Translations under genes and position numbers: made by a program
Shown here: in pieces, positions 35,763 through 48,635 of the stretch
Position numbering within the stretch: the stretch's first letter is position 1
Layout of the letters: each line of letters starts with the position of its first letter
Notes under the pieces: model-generated
The model's input: the letters and a program-made list of their open reading frames with translations, nothing else
Told to the model about the DNA's origin: nothing
Database searches by the model: none
NCBI GenBank assembly: GCA_002104945.1
Contig: MCFH01000067.1
Location: forward strand, 1 to 64,000
Reading direction: 5' to 3'
From: Piromyces finnis finn
Taxonomy: Eukaryota; Fungi; Neocallimastigomycota
DNA length: 64,000 nt

Positions 35763-37736
35763 TATTTTAGATAAAATATTAAATAGAATATAATATACTA
35801 ATAATAAGTAATAAAATAATCAATATATTAAAATTAGAAATATTATTAAATACTTTATAATTTTAACACAAAATAATATTCATAAGAAATAATAAAAAAT
35901 ATATATCTCATTCTAATTTTGTTATATTAAATTATTTTAATATAATATAATTAGAATGATTTCTTTTTTTAATTATTTCTTAACTTAAATTCACTTGATT
36001 TTTTAACAATGTCTTTAAAGTTATTAAAAAGCATATATTTTCAAATAACTCAATAATAATATCACGTGTATACTATAATTAACTATGTAAATTATTCATA
36101 ATTTTTTTTTATTATTTTATATATTATATAATATATAATATATATAATACACGTGATATTATTACATAATAATTTAAGATAATATTTAAAGTTAATTTTT
36201 GTTAAGTAGAAGTGTGAAAAAAAAAAGTAAAAAATTTTGAAAATTTTAAATTTGTCACAATAGAAATATAATTCGGAAAGACTTTAATTAATAGTTTCAA
36301 ATGAAAAAAGTAAAAATCATCTTTTGAAGCATTTCAATCCACTTTTAATTTGTATCTGAATAATTTTGGTTTTAATTTATTTTTAATTTAAAATATTAGA
36401 TTTAATTAATTTCTTTTAAATTAAATTTAAATTAATTTTTTTGAATAAGTTTTGTCAAATTTCCCAAAAACTTTATTTATGTGGCTTGAACATTAAACTT
36501 TTTAATAACTCCAACAACAAAACTTAAATAATTTACCAAATACAATTAAATTATAACTACTTAAAATTTGTTGACAAAATTTATTCATCATATTGGGTAC
36601 ATCTAAAATGGAAATAATTAAATATTCAAATAAATTAAGCCATAAATGTTAATTTTTTAAAAAAATTTGTTTCCGGATAAAAAAATAAATCAAAATTTTA
36701 ACTTTCAAAAGCAATTTAAAAACATCTCCAATATTTTAATTAATAAATATTAATAATAATGTTAACTAAAAAGTGTTTCCATAATTGGAGATATATCTTA
36801 AATTGGTTTATTTGGAAAATTATTATATAAAAATATTTAAACATTAAACTTAAAAGTTTAAATTATGTTGGATTAAATTATAAATATCTCCAACGTTTAT
36901 ATTGATTAATATATGTACCAAAAACAAAAATGAATTATAATTTTTGCTTATATCCATATTTATTAAGGAAGAATCTTTCACCATAGATAAAATTAAAATA
37001 AATAATATTTTATGTAGACAATTGAGAATAAGCTTAATTGTTGACGGAAATTAAAATTCTTTGGTATATATTTTATATTCTATTTATCAATATTAACAAA
37101 AATAGAATATTTTTAATAAATCATATGAAAAAATTATATATTAAAAATATATTAAAATGTATTAGAAATTAAGTTTGTATTGTAAGCTATTTTAATAATG
37201 TAAAATGTAAAAAATGTAAAAAGGTAATATGTAATTGTAAATGTATTAAGGTTATTTATGTATTTAAATCCATAATTTAATGTAATAAAAAATGGCTATG
37301 AAAAATGGTTATACGGAATAATAGTTTATGTATTTTATTTAAATCCATAATTTAATGTAATAAAAAATGGATATGAAAAATGGTTATTCGGAATAATAAT
37401 TTTTATTAATATTATATAAAAATATTAATAAAAAAGAATATGTATAAAAAAATTAAATTTTCTTTTTTATTTTTATTTATTATATTTTAAATAACTAACT
37501 TTTTTAATTTTAATACATGTTTAAATGAAAAGTTAAAAAACCAAAGATATGTTTAGGTATATAAAGATAGTTATAAAATAAATATTTCTTATAATGATAA
37601 TGTAAATTATGAAAGTAAAAATATATTATATATGAAGAGTTATTAAATGCTTAAGCCATTAAATTAATTTTAACATTGAGATTGTAAACAAAGATAAAAG
37701 AGATGATAGTGTAATATATATATATATATATTGTAT

Positions 37737-40136
37737 TTATAGTATAAAGAAAGGTATAAAGGAAAAGAAAACATACATAAAAATATTTATACATTTAAAT
37801 TTAAAGAGGGTGTATGATTTAATTCCACTTGTAATAGTATATCCTATAAATTATATATTTTTTTAATTAATATTAAAATAAAAATCTGAAAAATGTATTC
37901 AAAAATTTATACTGTTAGTTACCGTTATCATTAAAATTATTTAAATTAGTAATGTAAATATTACTAAATTGTGATGAACAACTCTCATTATAATTTGGAC
38001 AATAATATTTTTCAGATATATTATTGTTGCATGTTCCATCTAAGGTATGATTACTATTGTTTATACAAATATCTTTTTTTTTAAAATAAATAAATAAATA
38101 ATAAATTAATTATTGTTTATTTATTATTATTTATTATTTATTATTTATTATATTTAAGAATTTACCTTTTTCTTTATTTATATAATGATGAACGGAATAC
38201 TTTTCTTTTTTCACTATTATTACATCTGATCCAGATACAATACTACTTGGAAATGAAGAACTTTTAATATTCATCATCAATGGAAAATATAATTCTTCAT
38301 CAAAAAAATCAATTAATGTTAAATTATGACAATATTGAAAATTATCTTCATCCAAAATGATTTCATAATAATTTGTATAACATTTTTCATCGATATCCTC
38401 CTCTTCAATAAATTTACATTGAAAAGATTCACATTTAAAAACGCCATAGTCAAAGTTTGAATTTAAATAATAACCATTATATTTAGGTACAATTTGACAT
38501 TCATCTTCACAATAAACCATATTGTTATCCTCATCAAGATTGATAATATCCATTAAATAACCACTTATATTTTTCTTATAGCAATTATAATTATTACATG
38601 TTAATAATTTATTTTTCCCATCGTTATCAACATTATAGATTATATATCCATCTTTTTTTTATATAATATAGATATAACATTTAAAATTTAGTATATTGTT
38701 TTTTTTTTATTTTTAATTAAATAATATCATGATGAATTTTTAATTAATATAGATAATGTATAATAAATACTAAAAAAAAAAAAAAAAAAAGGGATATACC
38801 TTTATTATTTTTAGAAATAATGCTTCCATCTTTATTAGAAATATATAAGTTATAAAAAATATTTTCTTTTCCAGAAAAATTAAGATAATAGGATAATCTA
38901 GATCCACTAACAATTTCTTTTGAGGCATAATTGTTTGTAAGTTGATCATTCTCATATCTTATACAAATCATAAATTTTTGGGTATTAGAGTCGTAGAATG
39001 TCATACCAGAATTTTTTTCATTACATTCTTTTGATCCTTGATAGAGAGAACAAAACTCGTTACACTCTGCAATTTTTGTTTTGTTTCCAGGTATATTGTA
39101 TTTTAAGTATCCAGATACGTTAAAGCATTCCCCATAAATACAATGAAGCAAAAATGTTTCTTCTAATTCATCTTCACTAAAATTATTTGTTAAATCTTCA
39201 ATCATTGTTCCATAATTTTCTCCTTTTGATTTAAACGGTAAGATATCTGTGATATTTAATTTTTCTATAACAACTCTATGATTTTGATCAAAAGTTAGAG
39301 ATATTAATGATTTTTGAACCTCTGTTGAATAAATATATACTAGAAAAAGTGAAAAGTTGTAAAATAAAAGAGGTATATTAATAAAATAATTTAACTATAT
39401 CTATTTATATATATATTATTTTTTAAATAATAAAGAGAATTACAATTATATTTATATATATCATTTGCAAAGATATATTTTCCTTCTGTAACTGTTTTAA
39501 TTATTCATGAAGGAATATGAAGGAATAAATGGTATCATTTTTTAAAAACATAGAATTGAAAGAAAGAAAGAAAAAAAAAAAAAAAGTATATATAAACATA
39601 TATTAGTGTTACATAAATTATATATGATTATAAAATATATATATATTATATATATTTCTTACATTGCCGGGGATCTGTCAATAGTAACATAGAATATTGT
39701 GAAATTTCAAAGATTGAGTAATTCTTGTAAATGGTATTTCCAAAAATATTATCTTTAATATTTGGAATAATAATATAAACCTTCTCGGATGAAAAACTAA
39801 CCATAGTATTATCATTAATACAAATGTATATTTCATTACTTTTTGCAGATATTAAATCCCCTAATGAATTACAAATAATATTAATATCTTCTGAACCCAT
39901 TCCTTTACAATAATACCCATCACATTTAATAAATGGTATTGTTTTTTTAACGTATTCATCTGTAACCATGAAATATCCAATAGGCACTCTAGTGACTTGT
40001 TCATTTTTACAAATGACTTTATCAGAATCATTATTATAAGTACAGTTGTATAAAGTACCTTTTTTAGTTTTATTATCAAAATCTGCAAGATAGTAACCGT
40101 GACCTTTTTATTTTTTTAAAGAAGATGATAAAGGAT

Positions 40137-40194
<58 letters not shown>

Positions 40195-41156
40195 TTAATA
40201 AAAAAGTATAATTTAAATGTAACATATATACATATATATAGATTTATGAATTTTACAAAAAATAATTTAGTCATACAATTTTTTGTTGGATTTTTATCTT
40301 TTGGATTACATTTTGGAGCATAGTCTACTTTACATGAAGAATGATTATCAGAACAAGAATATATAGAGGTGCCAGATACATTACATTCATAATCTCTTTC
40401 ATAATCCCCATTAATACAAATTTCTAATTTAATCATTATTTATCAATAGTAAATATTTAATAATTAATATCATGATTTATATATAAATAATTTAAAAGTT
40501 AAATTTTTACAAAAATATATCTATAATTTTTACATTAAAAAAAAAAAAAAAAATTACTTTCAGTATAATCATAATATTGAGTGATAGAATATTCATCAAT
40601 AACTAGTAGAATGATATCATTGCCTTGTTCGATTATTGGAAATGTAAAAGAGGCATTAATATTTTGTTTTGGATAATAATATTTTTCATTATTCTTATTA
40701 AAGGTTAATTCTTTTATTCCATCACAAATTTTAATATTATTCGACAAATCTTGAATAATATCAAATTTATTAAATAGGCATGAATTAGATAAAAGAATAG
40801 TACTGCATAAAGAATCAATACATCTTATTGCTGAGTTATCACGAGAATTAATAAAAATACCATGATCTTTGGTAGTAATTTCACAATCACCATTATTACA
40901 ATAAATAAGTTGATTTGTCTTTTCACTACTAGCATCAATGAAATATCCATAACCATGAATGATTTCACAATTTCCATGATTACATTTAATAAACTTGTTG
41001 GTATCTTTAATTAAATGATAGCCATCTTTTTAGGAAATGTTTATAACAATCATGATAATTTATTTATTTTTTTAAATAGAAATATATGAAAAAATATTAA
41101 TATTATTTAATATAGATAGATAGATATAGATAGATATAGATCCAATTCTAGTTGAC

Positions 41157-41192
<36 letters not shown>

Positions 41193-42711
41193 CGTGGATA
41201 CTATAATATTTAATTTTATATTATATACCTTTATATTTTGAATATGGATTTTTTATATTATATTTATATTTTGAAAGGTAGAAGGTTTTCAAAGCAATAT
41301 CATCAGGCCATTGTTTTATCATTTTTGAATTTTCCCAGTTTTCATGATTTTGTAATGAAATATCACAATCAATTCCATATTCATTCAATTTAACTTTTGA
41401 GTAAGAAGAAGTAGAGTTTGGAAATGTATGATGAATTATAAAATCGTATAATAACAAAATTTCTTCCTTACCCTTTCCATTTTGATTCTTTAGATTGAAC
41501 GGATTTTTTAAATAAGCGAAATTTCCATTAGCAATACCTATAAACCAGTAACTATTGACATCATTATTTATTGTATTTTTCGAATTTATAAAGGATAACG
41601 AACGCGTATCCATCAACAATTCAACATCTTCCTCTAATGGTAGTTTACAATTTCTAGGATTAAAAAATAATTTATTTAAATCAAAACTCTTTTTGTTATT
41701 TATTTTTAAATAAAAATTACTTTGCTTTTTCAAACGAATACGTAATGATAATGCTTCTGGTGGCGCTGATATTCCCTTTTTTATATAACTAAAAAATTCT
41801 TTTTTTGAATATATAGTGATAAAGTTATTATTATTCATAGTATTATTAAAATTACTTGATAGGGTTTCATTTCTACTACCCTTTTCTACCTTTGTTCCAT
41901 TCCAATTTGTATAAAAAGGCGGTTGAATAATGCCTTGTCTAACAATATATGTTGGTTCCTTTCTTAAAAATATAGTATTACTTAAGAGTAAGTAGATTGG
42001 CATGGTACCATAATTTCTAATAACAAAACTATTATATAGCGTAGTAGACGTACTATCATTAAAATTTGAAGAAATAATGTCACCGGTACATTCACTCCAA
42101 GTCTGAGTTGGGGAATTAAAATTTTCAATCTGATAGTAAGATTGTTTTTCATTGTTATTATTTTTTCCATGAAAATTTTCAGATTTAATATAAATGCGTA
42201 AATCGACTTTTGCTAACCATTCTGATGAATTTTTTTCAAAATTATAATTTTCTAAATCTGAACAAGGTAAACCAATACTTTTACAAGTATATTGTTCTGA
42301 AATTAATTCTGTGACAGGAAGTGGTATCACTTTCATTTCTGATTTTATTTTATGGTATTTGGAGAGTGAAATATTACTAGTATTGTTATTAGAAGGAATA
42401 AAAAATTCAATTTCTGAAAAAGTTTCCTTTTTTCTACCTGGTAATAGTATAGCTAAAGGTAAATTTTTTAATGAAATCTCATTAATGTTGGTATATTCAA
42501 AGGTTTCATTACTACCTGGAAAGAATATTTTCACATTTGTTGAATGTTTTATTTCCTCAACATCATTCCAATAATTTGCTAATTTCCCTTGACCACGACC
42601 ATAAAACACCAAATTACCATAATACTCTTCTTTGTTAACATTACCCGAGCTACCATGAATCCCAAAAAATAAAAGAAAACTTAATATTTTAATAAAATAA
42701 TTTATTATCAT
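37737..42711 (-). CDS. Secreted, C-terminally membrane/GPI-anchored Cys-rich scaffoldin-like surface protein; 9 exons, about 1289 aa
   Basis: Exons 42711-41229, 41025-40558, 40423-40277, 40103-39663, 39491-39444, 39339-38800, 38651-38166, 38072-37923, 37843-37737. All introns GT-AG, phase 1, and internal exons are multiples of 3. Signal peptide, repeated GYY/GYF..C-x4-C motifs, hydrophobic tail TSG...IFMYVFFSFIPFFIL-stop. Confidence 0.75.
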
Positions 42712-45010
42712 TTCTTTTTCCTAAAATACACACTAAAAATAAATCATAGATATATTTTTAATTTTTTTTTTTTTTTCAACTTTTTTATTATATTTTTAAA
42801 ATATTGATATTAAAAATTCATTGATATTTCATAATATAATGATTTTATAGATTTAAATTTCCTCTTAAAATATTTTATTATTATTATAGATAAAAAAAAA
42901 AAAATTAAATGATAATATTTCTTTTTAAATAAAAAGAAAAGTTTAAAAAGTTTAATATTATAATAACCAAAATAAATAAAAAAAAAACTAATATTGGTAA
43001 TAGTATTAAACTAGAAAAAGAAAAAAAGAAAGAAAAGAAAATTGTGATAAGTAAAAATTTAAGGATAATATTAACAATAAAGTATTAAAAAAAGTTATTT
43101 TTCCATTCTTTTTTAATTAGTGACGACAGTTATTTTATTTTTAATAAAAAAAATAAAATAACTTTATTTATTACATTTCAATATTTCTATTCTGCCTAAA
43201 TACTAAAACGTTAATTCTGTCGTTGTCGTTGTTAACCATTAAATTTTTACTAAAAACAAGAAGCCTTCTTAATAATAATTATTCCCTAATTTATTTATAC
43301 TAACGAGGCTTACTTAATAACTAATTATTTAATGATAAGGATGGAATTATATGGATTATACGTTTACATTATTATTTTACATTACATGTTCTTACATTGG
43401 TCATACATTTGTATTACATTCTTACACATTGTAGAAATAATTTATATTATAATAAAAACGATATAATATAATAATATAATAATAGGTTCAAAGTCACCTA
43501 TTATTTTTATATCAAAAATAAAATAAATAAAAAAATAACTCTCTCTAAAACACGTAGATATTATGATTACAACACTTTTAATACATGTTTACATTTTCAT
43601 ACGGCTATCACGTGCATTCATAAATATATGATATAAAAATAGAAATATGTGTCCTTAAATGTTCACAAAAATAACAATATTATTATTATTATTAATTACA
43701 ATGAATTATAGATTGTAATTAATAATATAGTTATACATTTTATCCTATGATATATAAAAGAAGAATATTTTATTATAAATACACATAATACATAATAAAA
43801 AAGAATTATAATTTTAAGTAAAAGGTTATATTATAATAATAATGGTTAAATAATTTTACATATTTTATGATAAAATTATATATTTGAATTTGATTATATG
43901 ATTATAGTATAATAATACCTTTTTATAATAAAAGAAATTTTGAGAATTAATAAAAAAAGATAGATTTTAAATATAATTAAAAAAAAATAACTAAATAATA
44001 TCGATGAATGGTATAATGATATTATACATAAGAATGGATTTTGGTTGAAATATACTTTTAGCTTAATTAAAAAAATAATAACAATATAGATAAAGGAACT
44101 AATTTTCATTAATCATTAATTATATAACATTCATCTTATTAAAAATTAATAACTTTTTTAAAGAAATTCTTTAGAGAATGCTTACAGGTGAACCACCCTG
44201 AATATAACTTTTTATTTTCTTTTAACTTTCCATAAAAGCTAGTTTGTCTTTGAAGGCTGCAAAACACTTTTTCTTTTTTTTTCCGAGGTATACATTGTTT
44301 TGTGTTTTGTCTAATCTTGTAAAAGATTACATTTATTTTAAAATTAAATTTTTTGTAATATCCTTTATAAATTTATGGGGATGAAATGACTTTTTTAAAA
44401 CTCTATATTAAAATAGATTATTTGAATTTATAATATTGACTTTTATCCTAAAACTAATACAATATCCAGATTTTAATTTGAAGAAAGTTGTTGAAATGGA
44501 TATGATTTAAAAAAACTCAGAATGCCAGTCAATTGACAACTATTTTTTTTTTAAAAGATTAAAATAAATTTTAAAAAAAGTATTAAGCTTTTTTTTTTAA
44601 AAAATAATTAAAATATTAAAATAACTCATTACGAATTTATAATTGATATTTTTTTTTCAACTCAAAGAGTAAATGAACTTTTTTTTTTTTACTATTTAAT
44701 TATTAAACATTATTGATTAACTATTATTTTATGAGTTATATCTTATTTTATTATGTATTTATATTATGATAATAATCTTTCAACGAATTTCAAAATTAAT
44801 TTCAATTTTTTGCTTTAATACTTTTTATAAAAATAAAAATGAATAGTAATACTATAGATTGCTATAAATTCATTATAAATTCATAATTCATATCATTCAT
44901 CTTTAAGAGATTGATGATATATAACTATTAATAATATACAATAATAACTTTCATTTAGAAATACCATATAAAAGTTATTAACATAGTATACAATATACAA
45001 TAATAATAAT

Positions 45011-45250
45011 AATACTAATACTAATACTAATACTAATACTAATACTAATACTAATACTAATACTAATACTAATACTAATACTAATACTAATACTAATACT
45101 AATACTAATACTAATACTAATACTAATACTAATACTAATACTAATACTAATACTAATACTAATACTAATACTAATACTAATACTAATACTAATACTAATA
45201 CTAATACTAATACTAATACTAATACTAATACTAATACTAATACTAATACT
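45011..45250. repeat. (AATACT)40 hexanucleotide microsatellite
   Basis: Perfect 240-bp tract with degenerate extension to about 45305. Confidence 0.95.
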
Positions 45251-46874
45251 ACTACTACTACTAATACTAATACTAATACTAATAATAATAATAATACTAA
45301 TACTAATAATTTAGACAGTAATAATGATGATGACGATGATGATGAAAATTATAAGAAATTAACATTTCAAAAGTGGACTTTTTTGTTCACATTTCCATGT
45401 GACTTTGTTGATTTTTGAAAATCTTTTCTGCTAAGATTTTTAATTAATTTTAGATTTTAATTTATTTTATTCTATTGTTACATATATTAATGAATATATG
45501 TATTCTAAACTGATCAAAGTTTAGTGTAACCAAATATTTTAAATTTATATTGTATAATATATTATCAATTAAATCTAATAAATGTAATATTTAATAAAGT
45601 GAAGGTTACACCATACTCTCATTTTCTAGAAATATCAAAAAAGAAAAAAAAATGGAAAGTATTCTTGCTGGCAAAAAACCAGCAATAATGTAAAGTTTCT
45701 TTTCTTTTTTTTTTATAGCAAATAAAGGATAAAATGCGTTGAAGGAATAAAAAATAAATAAAATGTTTTTATTATTTATATGTAGCATTTTAAAAAGTAG
45801 TATTATATTGCATTGCACATGTCTATTAAAATAAAAAGAAAAAGAAACATTCGAAAGAAAATGGAGAATGAAACAATTTTAATCCTTTTTTTATATTATT
45901 GAATGTATACTATTAAATTAAATAAATTTACTTATTTAAATTAAATGAATAAATCAACAAATGGATAAATAACTCAAAACTTTAATTAATATAAAAATTT
46001 ATTAAAGTTTTTTGTTTAAAAAAAAATAAAAAAGAAAAATCTTTTTTTTTGTCTCTTTTCGTCAATATGATTTAAGGGAAAAAGAAAAAAAACCAAAAAA
46101 GAGAAAGAAAAGAGAAAGGAAGAAAAAAAGCGAAAAGAAAAAGAAAAAATTAGGCATAACGAACAGGGAAAAAATATTTTTAAAGCTAAAAAAAACTAAA
46201 AAACTAAAAAATGGAAAATGCATTATAAATCAAAAGAAAAAAAAAAGTTAAAAAAAATGAAATAAAAAAACAAACGAAATTTGTATAAAAAAAAAAAAAA
46301 ACTAAATTATATATTTTTATATAATAATAAAAAAAGAAAAAGAAAAAAAAGGACACTTTTATAAGAAACTATCTTGAAATAGATTTATATTTTAAACCAA
46401 TTTTTAATTGCGATACTAAATATAAATTAAAAAAAAAAGAAAAATAATTTTCAACGAAATAAAAAAAAATAAATAATAGAAATATAAAGTTTTAAACTGT
46501 ATAGAATAATAACAATTATAGTATTAACAATCATAATATTTCACTTTTAAATACTTTTAAATTTAAAAGAGGAAAAAAAAAAACAAAAACAAAATTGTAT
46601 TATTAAAACTAAAGATATAAAATATATCAATAAATCATTAAAAAAAAATATATATATATAAAATAATATTTCTTTTAATAAAAAAAAAAAAATACATATA
46701 TATACATAAATAATATTTTATAAATAATATTGTTTCTATTTCATAATCATATTTAATATTTATCAATAGTTATAAACTATTTAATATATATATAAATACA
46801 GTAATTCAACTTATTTAATTTTTTTATAAAACCAAAAATAAATAATTTAAGATATAATATCAAGAAAATATAAT

Positions 46875-48635
46875 ATGGATGCATCATCAGTATTTAAAGC
46901 ATTGGTAAAAGCGATTAATAATGCTCAATACTTCACTCCAATATTTTCATGGGTGATTATAACATATACTTTTTTATCTATCGGTAAAAAAAGGGATAAT
47001 AGTTGGAAATACTTATTTTTAACTACTTCTTCAGTTTTTATTGCTACCTTTTGTGATATCTTATATAATGTATCAACAAATATTGGTATAAATAATGGTT
47101 TTATACTATTAACATGGGTAGAAGGTATTTTTTGGACATTAAGTGAATGGGGATTTATCTATATCATTTTATTAAGAATTAAAATGTATATCCCTAATTT
47201 AAATAAAACTCGTTGGATGATCACTATGGGTGCTATCTTAATATATAATCTTGTCATCCGTTTTCGATTAATGTACCTGGATTATAGTATGAAATTATCA
47301 AAAATTGTTGATTATAATGATCCAAAAAATGATGAAAGGGTTTATACTAAAAATAAGGATATGACCTATAGGTTACTTTACTTTCCTTTAGGATTAATAT
47401 GCTTTATCTTTATTGGTTATAGCATAAAAAAATTTGTTAAAGAAAAAAATAAAAAATATAGATCGATCCCCACAATATTTCTTCATAATACCCTATTTAG
47501 AATGAGTCTAGGTAATTTTATTATATTATTTTTTATTATTAAACAAATCCAAAATTTTCAGTAATACGATGATGACGCCAATAAAAAAATTGAAATTTTA
47601 ATACATACAAAATAATTGAAATATGAAATAATATATATATATATCTTTTAGAAATAACTAATTAAATCAAATTTATTATTTTATTATATTTATTCATTTT
47701 TATTAATATATATTTCGTGCGTGTATATAGTATCTTTATTGTTTATAGGAATAGCTGTTATCGTTCATTTCCCATCGGAAGGTATATGCGGCTTCATTAG
47801 AAATGTATTATGGAGAATTGAAGAAAATTTGGGATTAGTATTTTTAATTGATATTCTCTTACTACAAATGGATCAAGATAACAATAAAATGAAAAAACAA
47901 GAAGAAGAAATAAAAAAGTTAAAACAACAAATGGAAAATTATGGTATTTCAATCAGGAATGATGATGAACAAGAAGCATCATCCATTTCAAAAAATAAAT
48001 ATAACAGTCCTCTCGATTATGTTTATCACTTAACATCAATAAATCATAATGACCATCAAGAGATCGAAAAATCATTAATTTCTCCAGTTAGCCTAAAACC
48101 TAATTCAAATCCATTTAATAATAATAATATTAATCAGTATGGTAACTCTCAAGGTTTTCTCCCGTATCTTAACCCAAGTGAAAATCATGTATTGAATTCG
48201 AATGAGGCCAAAGCCATAATAAAGAATGGACCTTTAAACGAAAATAATTATAATTTTCTTTCTCTCTCATCCCCAGAGAAACCTTTGAAAAGTGACAAAA
48301 GAAAGAATTCTAATCCTTCTTATTATATGACTAAACCACCAGAAAGTCTCTCCATAAATAATGGTTATAAAAAATATAATCATTCAAATCCTATTTTTGA
48401 TAATGAGGATGATGATCCTAATTATCATGTACACAGTGTTCTTCTGGGTAATAAGGTTTATAATAAACTTCCTTTGGCACCATCCCCAATCATGACTACA
48501 AAAACACCAACTACCTCAAAATATTTATCCACTTCACCTATCTCAGAAAATGAAAGTTTTAATCGCTCAACATCAATGTTACTATCACCAACAAAAAATC
48601 CTGGTAACATTATTATGGAAAGTAATCTTTTATAA
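46875..48635 (+). CDS. Seven-transmembrane (GPCR-like) protein with coiled-coil and long disordered tail; 2 exons, about 513 aa
   Basis: Exons 46875-47511 and 47731-48635 joined by a phase-1 GT-AG intron (RMSL-V-SLLFIG). Seven hydrophobic segments are followed by a Ser/Asn/Pro-rich tail. Confidence 0.7.

Noticed and set aside
36400-37100. Possible decayed transposase; likewise about 44150-44300
   Set aside because: Slightly higher complexity than the flanks, but stops in all frames and no motif I can identify.
41221-42711. Stand-alone 496-aa gene
   Set aside because: A GT donor 8 nt before the ORF end splices in frame to downstream exons that lack their own start and signal peptide.
45011-45250. 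Interstitial telomere or Asn-Thr coding repeat
   Set aside because: TTAGTA lacks a G-run, and the Asn-Thr frame has a TAG just upstream (44984-44986) with no start.
42800-46870. Short ORFs of 60-75 aa in AT-rich intergenic DNA (also 49322, 50526, 54883)
   Set aside because: Ile/Phe/Lys/Tyr-rich translations expected from base composition alone, with no motifs or splice partners.
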